From IMG/VR virus record IMGVR_UViG_3300026382_000010, positions 32,001 to 96,000 of that record: DNA of 64,000 nt; one strand, written 5' to 3'. The position numbers were made by a program, and so were the translations under genes. The notes under the pieces were generated by a model. That model searched no databases. It saw only the letters and a list, made by a program, of their open reading frames with translations, and was not told where the DNA came from. Source of the stretch: a virus. Of the stretch, positions 29,220-39,416 are shown piece after piece (position 1 is the stretch's first letter; each line of letters begins with the position of its first letter).

Positions 29220-29966
29220 ATGTATTTTAAAGGCGAAGTTATTAGAAAAATATATGAAAACGGAAAACTCTTAGATGTAAGACATGAAAAGAACTTAATT
29301 GTACAAGTAGCAAATGAATTAGCATTAGTGAAGTTTACCCTTGGGCCATTAACTCAACCTGCAAATTCTCTAGTACCTCCAACTGTTTGGGAAAAAGCAG
29401 ACAACTACAGAATCATTTTATTTGGAGCAGGTACTGATAATTCTTCGCAAGTATTATTATCTTCATCAGATTCATCAAGTTCATCTACTTCAAGCGATAC
29501 TACAACTGATTCAAATGCGAGTTCCACTACAACAAATACTACAAGTACAGAAACATCAAGTAGCGAAAGTACAGTTACTACCGCATCTGCATATACTTTA
29601 ACAAAATTAATTTCTCCATTACCATTTAAAGCATCTGACGATACTTCAATTGATACTTCAATTTACTACAAAGATCCCGAAATGCCCGATTTAGGATATA
29701 TCTACAAACGCATTGGAACTTATCAAATTGTAACAGATGATACTTTAGGACCAGTTATAACTGAATTCCAAATAAAAGTAGAAACTGACGATATTTCTTA
29801 CGATCCAACAATTGCAACGTCAATTGGTGAATGGGGATTATTTATGGCTTATCCCGATGACATTACTGGATATCCAATTGTATTATTCTCTAGACTTATT
29901 GAGCCTGAGCCAATTCCAAAGAATGATTCAATTGCAATTGAATTAACATGGCGTGTAAGATTCTAA
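29220..29966 (+). CDS. Tail-collar / baseplate protein with a Ser/Thr-rich insertion
   Basis: KNLIV, FGAGT, IGEWGLF and LFSR...KND.....TW..RF are typical of phage tail-collar or baseplate domains. Confidence 0.65.
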   Translation: MYFKGEVIRKIYENGKLLDVRHEKNLIVQVANELALVKFTLGPLTQPANSLVPPTVWEKADNYRIILFGAGTDNSSQVLLSSSDSSSSSTSSDTTTDSNASSTTTNTTSTETSSSESTVTTASAYTLTKLISPLPFKASDDTSIDTSIYYKDPEMPDLGYIYKRIGTYQIVTDDTLGPVITEFQIKVETDDISYDPTIATSIGEWGLFMAYPDDITGYPIVLFSRLIEPEPIPKNDSIAIELTWRVRF

Positions 29967-30022
29967 TTTGACATACAATTAGAATTTTAGTTTGAATACG
30001 TAGAAGTGGAGGCGCATATAAT

Positions 30023-32014
30023 ATGGATATGATATCCCCAGGTGTTTACGTACGAATTACAGATTTATCAACATATTTACAAGAGATTCCAGGTACAATA
30101 GGGTTTATTCCATTTTTAAGTGAACGTGGTGAAGATAACGTAATGTTATTTGCATCAAGCATTGATTTACCTGTATACTTTGGAGAACCAAACCTCCATA
30201 AATACGGACAAGGACTATATAACGCTATCAACTATAAGAAGGCATCTACCTGGCTTTACGTAATGAGAGTATTACCAGTTCAAGAAAATATTCCTGAAGA
30301 CTATGCTCACCCTGTAGTGAGCGGTGAAGTTCTTCCAGCACCTACTTTTGCTCATATGACTTTAGGTGTAGTATATCAAACTGACTCAAATGGAAATCTT
30401 GACAGAGTTGCTCCATTTGTAAGATACTTTGATCCACTTTATGGAGTACCAGAAGATCCAGATGCAACACTCGACTTAGATGAACAATTTGGATATGTTA
30501 CAAAATCCATTTCTGCAACTACAATTAGAACTGACGATATCGACTTAGAATACAACCCACTTATTGTAAAAACTGATACAACAATTCCTGCACTTTTAAC
30601 TGAAACCAACTGGGAAGAACTCAAAATCGACGCAATCTTAGATCCAAGCAACGGATTTACTGATAAATATTTCCCTGGTTATACAGATCCATCTTCTTAC
30701 TGGTATAACTTTAATCCAGCTGCAGACTCTTTCAAACCACTATTTGTAATTTACGGGGTTGGAAGAGGACCTTGGTATAACTCACTTAGAATTGGAATTA
30801 TACCAGATGTAACAAATCCAGGTTATTACAAAGTTACTGTATTTAGATATGATGATACAACAAATACACTTTCTCCAATTGAAGGTCCATTTGTAGTATC
30901 CTTCGATCCAAAAGATACAGACTACTCTGGAGAATCCATCTACATCGGTTATGTACTTAATAAATACTCTAAATACGTAAGAATTCAAGTAAACGCTGAT
31001 AATTTAAAATGGGCTGTTGAAACTCCAGATCCTAAGGATCCAAACAAGAGAATTATTGATAGAGTATTAGAGCCATTTTATGAATACAATCCAGGATCTC
31101 CATTCCCTAACGAGAGAGTACTTATTGAACTTAGAAACGGTTCATTTGGAGCATTATACGACGAAAAAGGTAGACTTGATCAAGTTGTATTTGCAAATGC
31201 AATGAACTACGCACTTTCTGGATATTTTGATGATAGAGTTGTAGATATTTACGATAACGACATTTCCTTAATCTTTGACGCAGGGTATCCTCTTAACATC
31301 AAACTTAAAATACTCGACTACGTTTTAACAAGAGGAGACTGTTTTGCAGTAATTGACTTACCTAGATCTAAAGATCCTGATGAAGCAGTAACTATCAGAA
31401 ATAATGAAATGGCATCCTTCAACCACTGGCAAGCAGCAATTTATGCACCATATTCCAAAATCTATAGTGAACATGAAGGAAAAGAATTATGGGTAGCTCC
31501 ATCTTATCATATGGCTTACGTAATTCCAAGAAGTGATAAGATGGGTGAATTATGGTTTGCTCCTGCAGGATTTAACAGAGGTACATTCCAATGTCTCGAA
31601 TTACAATACGTAGTTAAAAATGCAGACTTAGATAGATGGTACCTCAATCAAATCAACCCACTTACAAAAAGAATGGGAACTTATGTAGTTTGGGGTAACT
31701 TAACCTCTCAAAGAAAACCATCTGCATTACAAAACGTAAACATTGCAAGACTTGTATTATATATTGCAAAATCCTTAAGAAAATTCTGTGAATACTTCAT
31801 TTTTGAACAAAACGATCCAACTACATGGCAACAAATTGAAGCCGGAATTAGATCATTCCTTGCAGAAATTCAAGCAAGACGTGGTTTAGAGCTATTCAAC
31901 GTAACTGTTGGAGCTACAGAATACGAAAAGAAACAAAAAATGGCTCATGCTACAATTTTACTTGTACCTGTAAGACCATTGGAAAAAATTCTTCTCGACT
32001 TCATTATTAAGTAA
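30023..32014 (+). CDS. Contractile tail sheath protein
   Basis: SPGVYV, WFAPAGFNRG, QINP, VWGN.T, NVNIARL and FEQND..TW. Confidence 0.96.
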   Translation: MDMISPGVYVRITDLSTYLQEIPGTIGFIPFLSERGEDNVMLFASSIDLPVYFGEPNLHKYGQGLYNAINYKKASTWLYVMRVLPVQENIPEDYAHPVVSGEVLPAPTFAHMTLGVVYQTDSNGNLDRVAPFVRYFDPLYGVPEDPDATLDLDEQFGYVTKSISATTIRTDDIDLEYNPLIVKTDTTIPALLTETNWEELKIDAILDPSNGFTDKYFPGYTDPSSYWYNFNPAADSFKPLFVIYGVGRGPWYNSLRIGIIPDVTNPGYYKVTVFRYDDTTNTLSPIEGPFVVSFDPKDTDYSGESIYIGYVLNKYSKYVRIQVNADNLKWAVETPDPKDPNKRIIDRVLEPFYEYNPGSPFPNERVLIELRNGSFGALYDEKGRLDQVVFANAMNYALSGYFDDRVVDIYDNDISLIFDAGYPLNIKLKILDYVLTRGDCFAVIDLPRSKDPDEAVTIRNNEMASFNHWQAAIYAPYSKIYSEHEGKELWVAPSYHMAYVIPRSDKMGELWFAPAGFNRGTFQCLELQYVVKNADLDRWYLNQINPLTKRMGTYVVWGNLTSQRKPSALQNVNIARLVLYIAKSLRKFCEYFIFEQNDPTTWQQIEAGIRSFLAEIQARRGLELFNVTVGATEYEKKQKMAHATILLVPVRPLEKILLDFIIK

Positions 32015-32040
32015 TCCAAAAAATTGAATATTGTGAATTT

Positions 32041-32074
32041 AGCTCCCAGGGGTTAACCCCTGGGAGCTTTTATT
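32041..32074 (+). terminator. Hairpin/terminator: 28-bp perfect palindrome followed by a T-rich tract
   Basis: AGCTCCCAGGGGTTAACCCCTGGGAGCT then TTTATT. Confidence 0.8.
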
Positions 32075-32096
32075 ACTACATGTAATAGGTGCCTCG

Positions 32097-32813
32097 ATGC
32101 CAAATGTATTTAAAAATGTCCTAACTAGACAAGGTGGTGTTGATTGGTATAATGTCAATGGAAACTATGAACCACAATATCAATTTGAACCTGCAGTAGC
32201 CGGATACTTTTTTGCATGGATTGAACATCTACCTCCTATTTCTCAAACTTTTCTATCTAACTATGATTTGGTAAATGTACAAGATCAACAAAATGCTGTT
32301 GCAACGTTAATACGCTCGGTAACGTTAGGTGATTGGACTTTAGATATTACAACATGGGATGGATTTCTGCAAATCAAAACGCCTGGTAAAATTCAGCAAA
32401 CTACTAACATTACAATTCGCTTCATTGATTCACAATACATGTCACTTACAAAATTTTTTAGAGCATGGCATCAAGCAATAAGGCCTATTAGCTATGATAT
32501 ATACTCAAATGCAACTCCAGGATTAGTTGAAAGTTATGGTTCCGGATACAAAGCAAAATATAAAGCGAATATGGTTTTATTCACAACTGATCCACAGGTA
32601 CATACAGTTACTTTTGCAATTGCTTTAATAGGAGTATGGCCTGTAAACGTACCTTTAGATATTTTTACAATAGATACTGGAAACGTTGAGCTATATACAT
32701 TTACACAACAATTATCAGTTGATTTTATCTTTTCAGATGAAGAATTAGAAAACAGATGTCAAAATCTACTTTCTACTTTATATGTCATGGATATCTATAA
32801 AAAAGAACAGTAA
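32097..32813 (+). CDS. Tail tube protein (gp19-like), paralogue 1
   Basis: Directly after the sheath gene. EPAVAGYFF, ITIRF.D, FRAW and GVWPVNVP motifs are shared with the next gene. Confidence 0.75.
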   Translation: MPNVFKNVLTRQGGVDWYNVNGNYEPQYQFEPAVAGYFFAWIEHLPPISQTFLSNYDLVNVQDQQNAVATLIRSVTLGDWTLDITTWDGFLQIKTPGKIQQTTNITIRFIDSQYMSLTKFFRAWHQAIRPISYDIYSNATPGLVESYGSGYKAKYKANMVLFTTDPQVHTVTFAIALIGVWPVNVPLDIFTIDTGNVELYTFTQQLSVDFIFSDEELENRCQNLLSTLYVMDIYKKEQ

Positions 32814-32846
32814 CTCTGGATCCTGAAAAGGGAGGAATTTTGAGTC

Positions 32847-33626
32847 ATGAAACTTTACGGTGATACAACTGCTTTAGGAGTTAGTAATTTTAATTCCTTA
32901 AACAACATTTTTAACAGGATTTTAGTAAGAGACGGATTGCAATATGAAGATGAACCTCTTGTTTCCGGTTATTTCTTCATAACCTGGAACCTACCAAAAA
33001 CTATCTTTACTGACAACCAAGACGATTCTCACGGTAAAATTACAAAAGATATTGCAGATAACATCTTCAACGTATTTAACACAAAAATCGATATTCCACA
33101 ACCAACAATTACTCAAGTTACTATTGATGGATTAGGTGGAACTTGGAACTCTGTTCCTGGAAGACTTGAAGTAGATAAAACATTTACCGTTGAGTTCTGG
33201 GAAACTTTCAACGGTAGAGTAATGTCTGTTATTAGACAGTGGTTCTTCCAATTAAGATCCATGAGATCTGGAGCTGCAAGAGTTAAAGGTTTAAATCAAC
33301 CAGCTTCTACTTCCTCTCCTTATGCTCAAGACTTATATAAAGGACAATGTTGGTGGTTTTTAACAGATCCAAATATTGACAGAATCATCTTTGCAATTGA
33401 ATTTTTAGGAATCTGGCCAACAAACTTACCAATCAATATTTCTAACGATATTGCAACAAATGACAAAGTAATGCTTTCTTTAACCTTATCTTATGATAGA
33501 TTCTTCTTCTACCCAAAAACAGTAACCCATTGTACAAACAACTATCTTAAAGCAAGATACGACCAAATGCTTGCAATTGAATCTGATCAAGGGGACAAGG
33601 TTGGTGGAGGAACAACTGCATCTTAA
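32847..33626 (+). CDS. Tail tube protein (gp19-like), paralogue 2
   Basis: EPLVSGYFF, FTVEFWE, IRQW, GIWPTNLP and LSYD. AGA-biased Arg codons as in the sheath gene. Confidence 0.8.
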   Translation: MKLYGDTTALGVSNFNSLNNIFNRILVRDGLQYEDEPLVSGYFFITWNLPKTIFTDNQDDSHGKITKDIADNIFNVFNTKIDIPQPTITQVTIDGLGGTWNSVPGRLEVDKTFTVEFWETFNGRVMSVIRQWFFQLRSMRSGAARVKGLNQPASTSSPYAQDLYKGQCWWFLTDPNIDRIIFAIEFLGIWPTNLPINISNDIATNDKVMLSLTLSYDRFFFYPKTVTHCTNNYLKARYDQMLAIESDQGDKVGGGTTAS

Positions 33627-33640
33627 TTTTGATACATTGT

Positions 33641-33674
33641 GTAGGCCTGGAAGCTTCCAGGCCTACCTATTTTT
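33641..33674 (+). terminator. Terminator: 26-bp perfect palindrome followed by a T-tract
   Basis: GTAGGCCTGGAAGCTTCCAGGCCTAC then CTATTTTT. Confidence 0.8.
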
Positions 33675-33726
33675 ACTCGCTGAACTACTTTTTTAGTATA
33701 AAAACTTTTTCAATGGGGTATACTAG

Positions 33727-36600
33727 ATGAATTTTACACCATATATCGAGCAGATAAAAGAAAACATTCTGGATAACTTTGAGAAAGCTATTGGCCAAAA
33801 GATTGATAGAAGTCCTTCTTCATTTATCTCAATTCTCGCGCATATCATTGCACTTGCTGATCAAAACGTTTTATTTTACTTGGCATACCTTTTTAATGAA
33901 ACAAATCTTCTAACTGCAACAATTCCTGATAATATTCTTAGAAATGCACGACTACTTGGATATAAACGTAAAAGAGCTGTTCCTGCATCGGGAACTGTAT
34001 CGTTTTACATAAACATTGATCCTAGTCAAGATTTCGAAACCGTTATTTCTCCAAGTGAGCATTATTTTACATATGGAAATACTGTTTACTATCCAAAATA
34101 CACCTACGTTATAAAGTATTATGCAGGTGATAAAAGTCTCGTTGTTTACTATATTGATGAAAATGAAAACTGGTTTTTAGGTACTGGACAATTTCAGCAT
34201 ATTGATGGAAATACATATATTGTAGCAAATATTGAAGTAGTTCAAGAAGAATTTGATAAACATGAATTTACTGTAACCGATTATGCGGAAGGAGACTTTT
34301 ACCGTCTCGTATTAAGGAAACCTGATTATTATGTAACTCAGTATAAAGTATATGTAAACGGCCAACTTATAAATGAGGTTGAGGATATTACATATGCAAA
34401 TCCAAATGAGTACTGTTATGTAGTAGAAGAACTTGATACAACATGTCTCTTTGTATTCTCAAACGGAGTATTTGGCAAAAGAGTTAAACCTGGGGACACT
34501 GTTGAAATCCATGTTTATTATACTCGAGGATCTAAAGGTAACTGTCCCGAAAATTCTCTACAACTTGCAACTACATGTACAAACTTACTTACCGGCGAAA
34601 TTCACGATACTTTTTGTAAAAACTATGCATTTACAAATGGAAAAGACGAGGAAGATGTCTTTTCAGTTAAACGAAATGCATTATTATATTTTTACTCCAA
34701 AGACAGAATTATCTCAGTAAATGACTTTGAAAATATTGCAAAAATTCTTAATTACGATGATGTAACTGCAACTTGGAATTACGCGTTAACTTTGCAAACC
34801 ACTTTATATCCAGTTTTATACTACAATTTCAAACCGCTTAAAACTAATACAATTACACTAAAAAATGTACTACAAACAGAAATTCCTCAGGGATCAATTG
34901 TATATACATTTGACAAAAAATATAATAGAGCTTCATTTATAGACTCCTCGCTCTTTACAGATACTCCTAACTACATTCAATTTAACGAATCTGGAGTAAT
35001 ACCGTTTGCATTACGTTACGATAGTAAGCTTAAAATCTTCAAGTATTATCGATATTTACATGGTATTTCATTACCATGGCATTTTCTAATTTCCAAACCT
35101 TCTGAAACGGATGGAGTTTCATTAATCCAACCTTCAACTCTGGCAATCCAATATAATCAGGGATATTATCAACATCAATTAACTTTACAATTTTTCTCAT
35201 TAGATTTAAGCGAGGAAAATTATCAAGATGATCTTGAAATTCATTTAGCACTCTATAATCAAGACACGGGTGAGTTAATTACGCAATTGGATAATTCTGA
35301 CTACAATATATCTTTTGATCCAAATGGTTTTATCTACATAAACTTTACAATTCCATCAAATCTTTTAAAGGAAAAAGTAAGATATAAATGGCAATGCTTG
35401 ATTTTCTATAAGGGAGAACAACTTGTATCCGCATACATTGATAATATCCAATATATCTACGAATTCCCATATATTTGGAGCTATGCCGATGAATATACAG
35501 TATCCTATCTACAGTTGCAATATAATATTTACAGTACCGATCCAACAATTAAACCAGATAAATGCTTTTTATTTTTCACAAACAATGAACCTGAGGAAAT
35601 TTCAGTATACTCTGACATGAAATTTGATCCAGATAACTATACGCATTATCTAATTACAACCAATTATGAGTATGCACAAAAGCAATATATTGTACTTGAC
35701 TCAAATTATTCCCTTGAGGAATCTAAAGAGTATTATCTATATCAGGCTGAGAATACTTATTTGTTTGATAGAAAAACCAACAAAATGATCCCTGTTGTTG
35801 AAGGGCAAGGAACTACCGTTACAATTATTGGTAATGTATATAAAGGAAACGTTGAAAGTTTTTATGCCGGTAGATTAAGAGTGCAATATCCAAAAATTGA
35901 GCTAAAAGAATACAAAGAAGTAGCTTTAGTTAAAGTTTTAAATATTGATCCTAGCATTTATATTGAAGCATTTAAAATCCCAGCTGACTTAAAAAATATT
36001 CCTAGTCAGAAGGCATATACAATTTATGGAGTACCAATTCTAGAAATTGGAGACTACTATACTCTAACTGCAACAAATAGCTTTGAAACAATTTACGCAA
36101 CGTTTGATAAACTCTACTCTAACGCATATAGCAAACTACCATTTTCAACACAATGTATCCTTAGATTTGCAAAAACCTGGGGTTACATTTCAAATATACG
36201 CTTTAACTCTTATCGCTCACCAATTATATATGATCCTCAGGTAATCGATAGTACAAATATTGAATTACCCTTAAAACTTACCGTTACGCTTTTAATTGAT
36301 CGTAATTTCAAAGTTTCACTCTTGGATACTATTAAAAACGACTTGTTTGAATTTATGAAAACTAAATCAGGTTTTGATGCATCAATATATCGCGATGAAA
36401 TTAGAAGCATTCTATTGAAATATCCTGGAGTTGTAGAGGTAGTAAATATTAGTTTACCATTTGATATAGTCTATAGATATAAGCTTGATGATGTTGCAAA
36501 TCAAAAAGAATATGTGCCAGAGTATATATCTATTCAAGATGTAAATGACATTGAAATTAAACTCCAACATGTATATCGAGTAACGGAGGATTCTTGCTAA
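33727..36600 (+). CDS. Baseplate wedge protein (T4 gp6 / baseplate J-like)
   Basis: NETNLLTAT...ARLLGYK....PASG, FSNGVFGKR, YTRGSKGN and GKDEE...KRNA...RIISVNDF. Confidence 0.88.
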   Translation: MNFTPYIEQIKENILDNFEKAIGQKIDRSPSSFISILAHIIALADQNVLFYLAYLFNETNLLTATIPDNILRNARLLGYKRKRAVPASGTVSFYINIDPSQDFETVISPSEHYFTYGNTVYYPKYTYVIKYYAGDKSLVVYYIDENENWFLGTGQFQHIDGNTYIVANIEVVQEEFDKHEFTVTDYAEGDFYRLVLRKPDYYVTQYKVYVNGQLINEVEDITYANPNEYCYVVEELDTTCLFVFSNGVFGKRVKPGDTVEIHVYYTRGSKGNCPENSLQLATTCTNLLTGEIHDTFCKNYAFTNGKDEEDVFSVKRNALLYFYSKDRIISVNDFENIAKILNYDDVTATWNYALTLQTTLYPVLYYNFKPLKTNTITLKNVLQTEIPQGSIVYTFDKKYNRASFIDSSLFTDTPNYIQFNESGVIPFALRYDSKLKIFKYYRYLHGISLPWHFLISKPSETDGVSLIQPSTLAIQYNQGYYQHQLTLQFFSLDLSEENYQDDLEIHLALYNQDTGELITQLDNSDYNISFDPNGFIYINFTIPSNLLKEKVRYKWQCLIFYKGEQLVSAYIDNIQYIYEFPYIWSYADEYTVSYLQLQYNIYSTDPTIKPDKCFLFFTNNEPEEISVYSDMKFDPDNYTHYLITTNYEYAQKQYIVLDSNYSLEESKEYYLYQAENTYLFDRKTNKMIPVVEGQGTTVTIIGNVYKGNVESFYAGRLRVQYPKIELKEYKEVALVKVLNIDPSIYIEAFKIPADLKNIPSQKAYTIYGVPILEIGDYYTLTATNSFETIYATFDKLYSNAYSKLPFSTQCILRFAKTWGYISNIRFNSYRSPIIYDPQVIDSTNIELPLKLTVTLLIDRNFKVSLLDTIKNDLFEFMKTKSGFDASIYRDEIRSILLKYPGVVEVVNISLPFDIVYRYKLDDVANQKEYVPEYISIQDVNDIEIKLQHVYRVTEDSC

Positions 36601-36601
36601 T

Positions 36602-39406
36602 ATGGTATTTGAGAAAGCTTTAAAACGCCTATTATTTCCATTTGATGAGAAATCTTTCTTTGAAGGCGATCCTAATGAAAGCTTATTTGAGGATTATTTA
36701 AATGCTCGAATCTTAGATATGCAAAAACAATTTATCCAACAATATCTCGATAATTACGATAGAAAATTCTCACTCACTCTCCCATTTCTCATATACCTAT
36801 GGATCTTTCTACTCAATTTAAAATACATTGAGAATCTGGATGATTTCTGCTACTTTTTATTCAGATACGTAATTCATAAAAATGATTTAGAAAATCGTAT
36901 ACCAACCTACTTAATCAAACAATATGCCCAGTATTTTCGTAAATTCATAACGTCCTTCAAATTTTTACTTGCCAATGGAAACTTGTATAACGTGTATTCA
37001 AAACATAATCAGTTTTTTAAGAGAATTACATTACAAGAATTTTTCGTAGTGCTATTTAATGAGCTTTTAACCGAAGTATTAGGTAATAAATTGGATACTG
37101 ACTTAATTGCATCTCATTACTGGGAATGTGTATCAAAATTTGCAGACTTTACATCAATTTCATTTTTGGACTACATTCAAATTTTTATGATTCATTTTTT
37201 AAAGCATCAGGCAAAATTTTTGAGTTCCGTTGATTATAATGAGTTTGTCTCCTACTTTGTAGGTACAAAACAAACTTCATACTATGCATCAATAGTTAAA
37301 AAGCTACTAGATGGACAGTATGATACTGACGTTGAAAAATTCATAGATTTTGCTAATGTATATCTACAGCTACCGTTTGAAAGGAAATTTAATTTTGATA
37401 TAGATGCATCTTCACTTCCTGCAATTAGCAATATCTTTTACAATGCACTGGAGTATTATAAATACTATCTTCAATTGCAGTATGATGAAAGCTTTACAAT
37501 TTATCTTACCGATAAGTTGAATTTATCGATTGACTCCAACATTTATGCAAGTAAAATAAACAACGATTTTCATTTCAAATATCTCCAAAGCCATTTTACA
37601 TTTAATCGCGAGTTATTCCAAAGAATAATATCTCGATACAAAGAATTACTAACTACAAAATTCATTGAGAATCTAGCGGATTATGGTGCAAAAGCAATCG
37701 CTAGCGCATATTATAATACTTTGATGGAAATGTTTCAGAATCCACATGTTTCACAACTACTTGAAAAATACAAAATCAATGTAAAAATTTTTACGCGGAA
37801 AATAAAAGAATATCTCTACTCGATATATCGTAATAAATTTTTAGCATTACTTGCAAATTCTATTTCTCTTGATACATTTATTTCATTTTTAGAAACAGGT
37901 AATCGTCAGTTTTTACAACAGTATAAAAAGGCAATAGAACGCATTGATAAGCTTATTAACGAAATTGATATTTCGTTTTATGAATTCGATGTAATTAAGG
38001 AGCTATCAGATTTACTTTCAGGTTTCCAAAAGGTAAAATTTGAAAACGAAGCTAAATCCTATGCATACTACTTTGACTTATCACAATATAACAATACATT
38101 CATCTATAACAAAAATAATTTCTGGAAACACTATCGTTCCCAACTTGTTGCCTTCCTTAGAAAACATCTATACCAATTTATCACATACTTGGATTTTATA
38201 TTTACAATGTATTACTTTTTCACTCATAACTTCAAGAATTTTGCCGAAAATATCACTCGTCAATTAATTAATCACATTAATTATTTTCTCGATGTATTCA
38301 TCAAGCAATTTCCAAATGAATATCATGATTTTATACACATGCTATTTGAAGCAGTTCTCGACAAAACTTTCCCAATTTACGGATATCAATTTAAACTATA
38401 CTTTACATGGCTTGCTTTAAGTTCATTTTTCTTTGATTTACCAACGTACAAAAACAAAAGTTTTCTCCAATTTCTTATATACGATGATTACACAAAACCT
38501 GTAAATATTCGCGATGTAATTTATGCATCTATTGCAAGGAAGATTCCAGTTGTTTGTCAATCCTTAGATGTATCGCAAATTCAGTATGTTTTCAATAAAG
38601 CTTTCCTAGTACAACTTTATATTGATGAGCTTTTGAAAAATGATAATGTCTTCTACTATACAAACAATGAGAAGTATAAGATATACCCTATGCTACGAAA
38701 AATCTTTGTAAATAAAGATGCGTATTTAAGTCAAATTGACAATCAAGTAATTTATAGATGGCGACAAGCGGGATATTCTCTTGAGTATTTCTCATCAAGA
38801 GAATTTGCAAATCTTGAAACCGTCTATGATTTTTCAAAGTGGAAGAAAATTTTTGGAATTTTCATGCATAACATTTCGATTTTAGATTTATTCCCAGATT
38901 ACACTTATCTTGATGTAATTGATAATAAATACTACTTGAAGCCAAAAATACTTACACTTTTAGATATCATTCAAATTATAGAGTATCAAACATATCTTTC
39001 AACCCTTATCCCAGAAGCATTAATTATCTACAATCTTTCACTTACCGAGCAGATTCGAATTTTACCAAATTCATTCAAGTATTTTATAAAAGATCCAACA
39101 ATTTTGTATAACGATAAGTTTTTCGCAAGTCTTCATCAAAAATGTGATAAAACTTATCTTGCAAGTTTTATAGATGTTGAAAGTCTTAATGCATTATGCG
39201 ATTCTGATTTTGAATTTTGGTATTTGTTGAGCTACATTCCCTATCACAGCTACATCTTTGCGCGTTACCTGAATATAGACGAAATTGTTGATAAATTCTT
39301 TATTTCCACCTTAAAATACAAAATAAAGGATATGTATAAAACAAAACTAATTCCGAATACTTTTTATGACTTTCTAATAAATGCATTTGTTAATTTAAAT
39401 CCATAG
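36602..39406 (+). CDS. Large F/Y-rich helical protein, probably structural
   Basis: 934-aa ORF tightly coupled to the baseplate gene. Confidence 0.5.
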   Translation: MVFEKALKRLLFPFDEKSFFEGDPNESLFEDYLNARILDMQKQFIQQYLDNYDRKFSLTLPFLIYLWIFLLNLKYIENLDDFCYFLFRYVIHKNDLENRIPTYLIKQYAQYFRKFITSFKFLLANGNLYNVYSKHNQFFKRITLQEFFVVLFNELLTEVLGNKLDTDLIASHYWECVSKFADFTSISFLDYIQIFMIHFLKHQAKFLSSVDYNEFVSYFVGTKQTSYYASIVKKLLDGQYDTDVEKFIDFANVYLQLPFERKFNFDIDASSLPAISNIFYNALEYYKYYLQLQYDESFTIYLTDKLNLSIDSNIYASKINNDFHFKYLQSHFTFNRELFQRIISRYKELLTTKFIENLADYGAKAIASAYYNTLMEMFQNPHVSQLLEKYKINVKIFTRKIKEYLYSIYRNKFLALLANSISLDTFISFLETGNRQFLQQYKKAIERIDKLINEIDISFYEFDVIKELSDLLSGFQKVKFENEAKSYAYYFDLSQYNNTFIYNKNNFWKHYRSQLVAFLRKHLYQFITYLDFIFTMYYFFTHNFKNFAENITRQLINHINYFLDVFIKQFPNEYHDFIHMLFEAVLDKTFPIYGYQFKLYFTWLALSSFFFDLPTYKNKSFLQFLIYDDYTKPVNIRDVIYASIARKIPVVCQSLDVSQIQYVFNKAFLVQLYIDELLKNDNVFYYTNNEKYKIYPMLRKIFVNKDAYLSQIDNQVIYRWRQAGYSLEYFSSREFANLETVYDFSKWKKIFGIFMHNISILDLFPDYTYLDVIDNKYYLKPKILTLLDIIQIIEYQTYLSTLIPEALIIYNLSLTEQIRILPNSFKYFIKDPTILYNDKFFASLHQKCDKTYLASFIDVESLNALCDSDFEFWYLLSYIPYHSYIFARYLNIDEIVDKFFISTLKYKIKDMYKTKLIPNTFYDFLINAFVNLNP

Positions 39407-39416
39407 GCAGGTGGTT

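Noticed and set aside
30023-36600. Interpretation as a bacterial eCIS/tailocin or T6SS locus
   Set aside because: Interspersed phage-type replication and nucleotide genes, the many orphan ORFs and the lack of host housekeeping operons favour a large phage genome.
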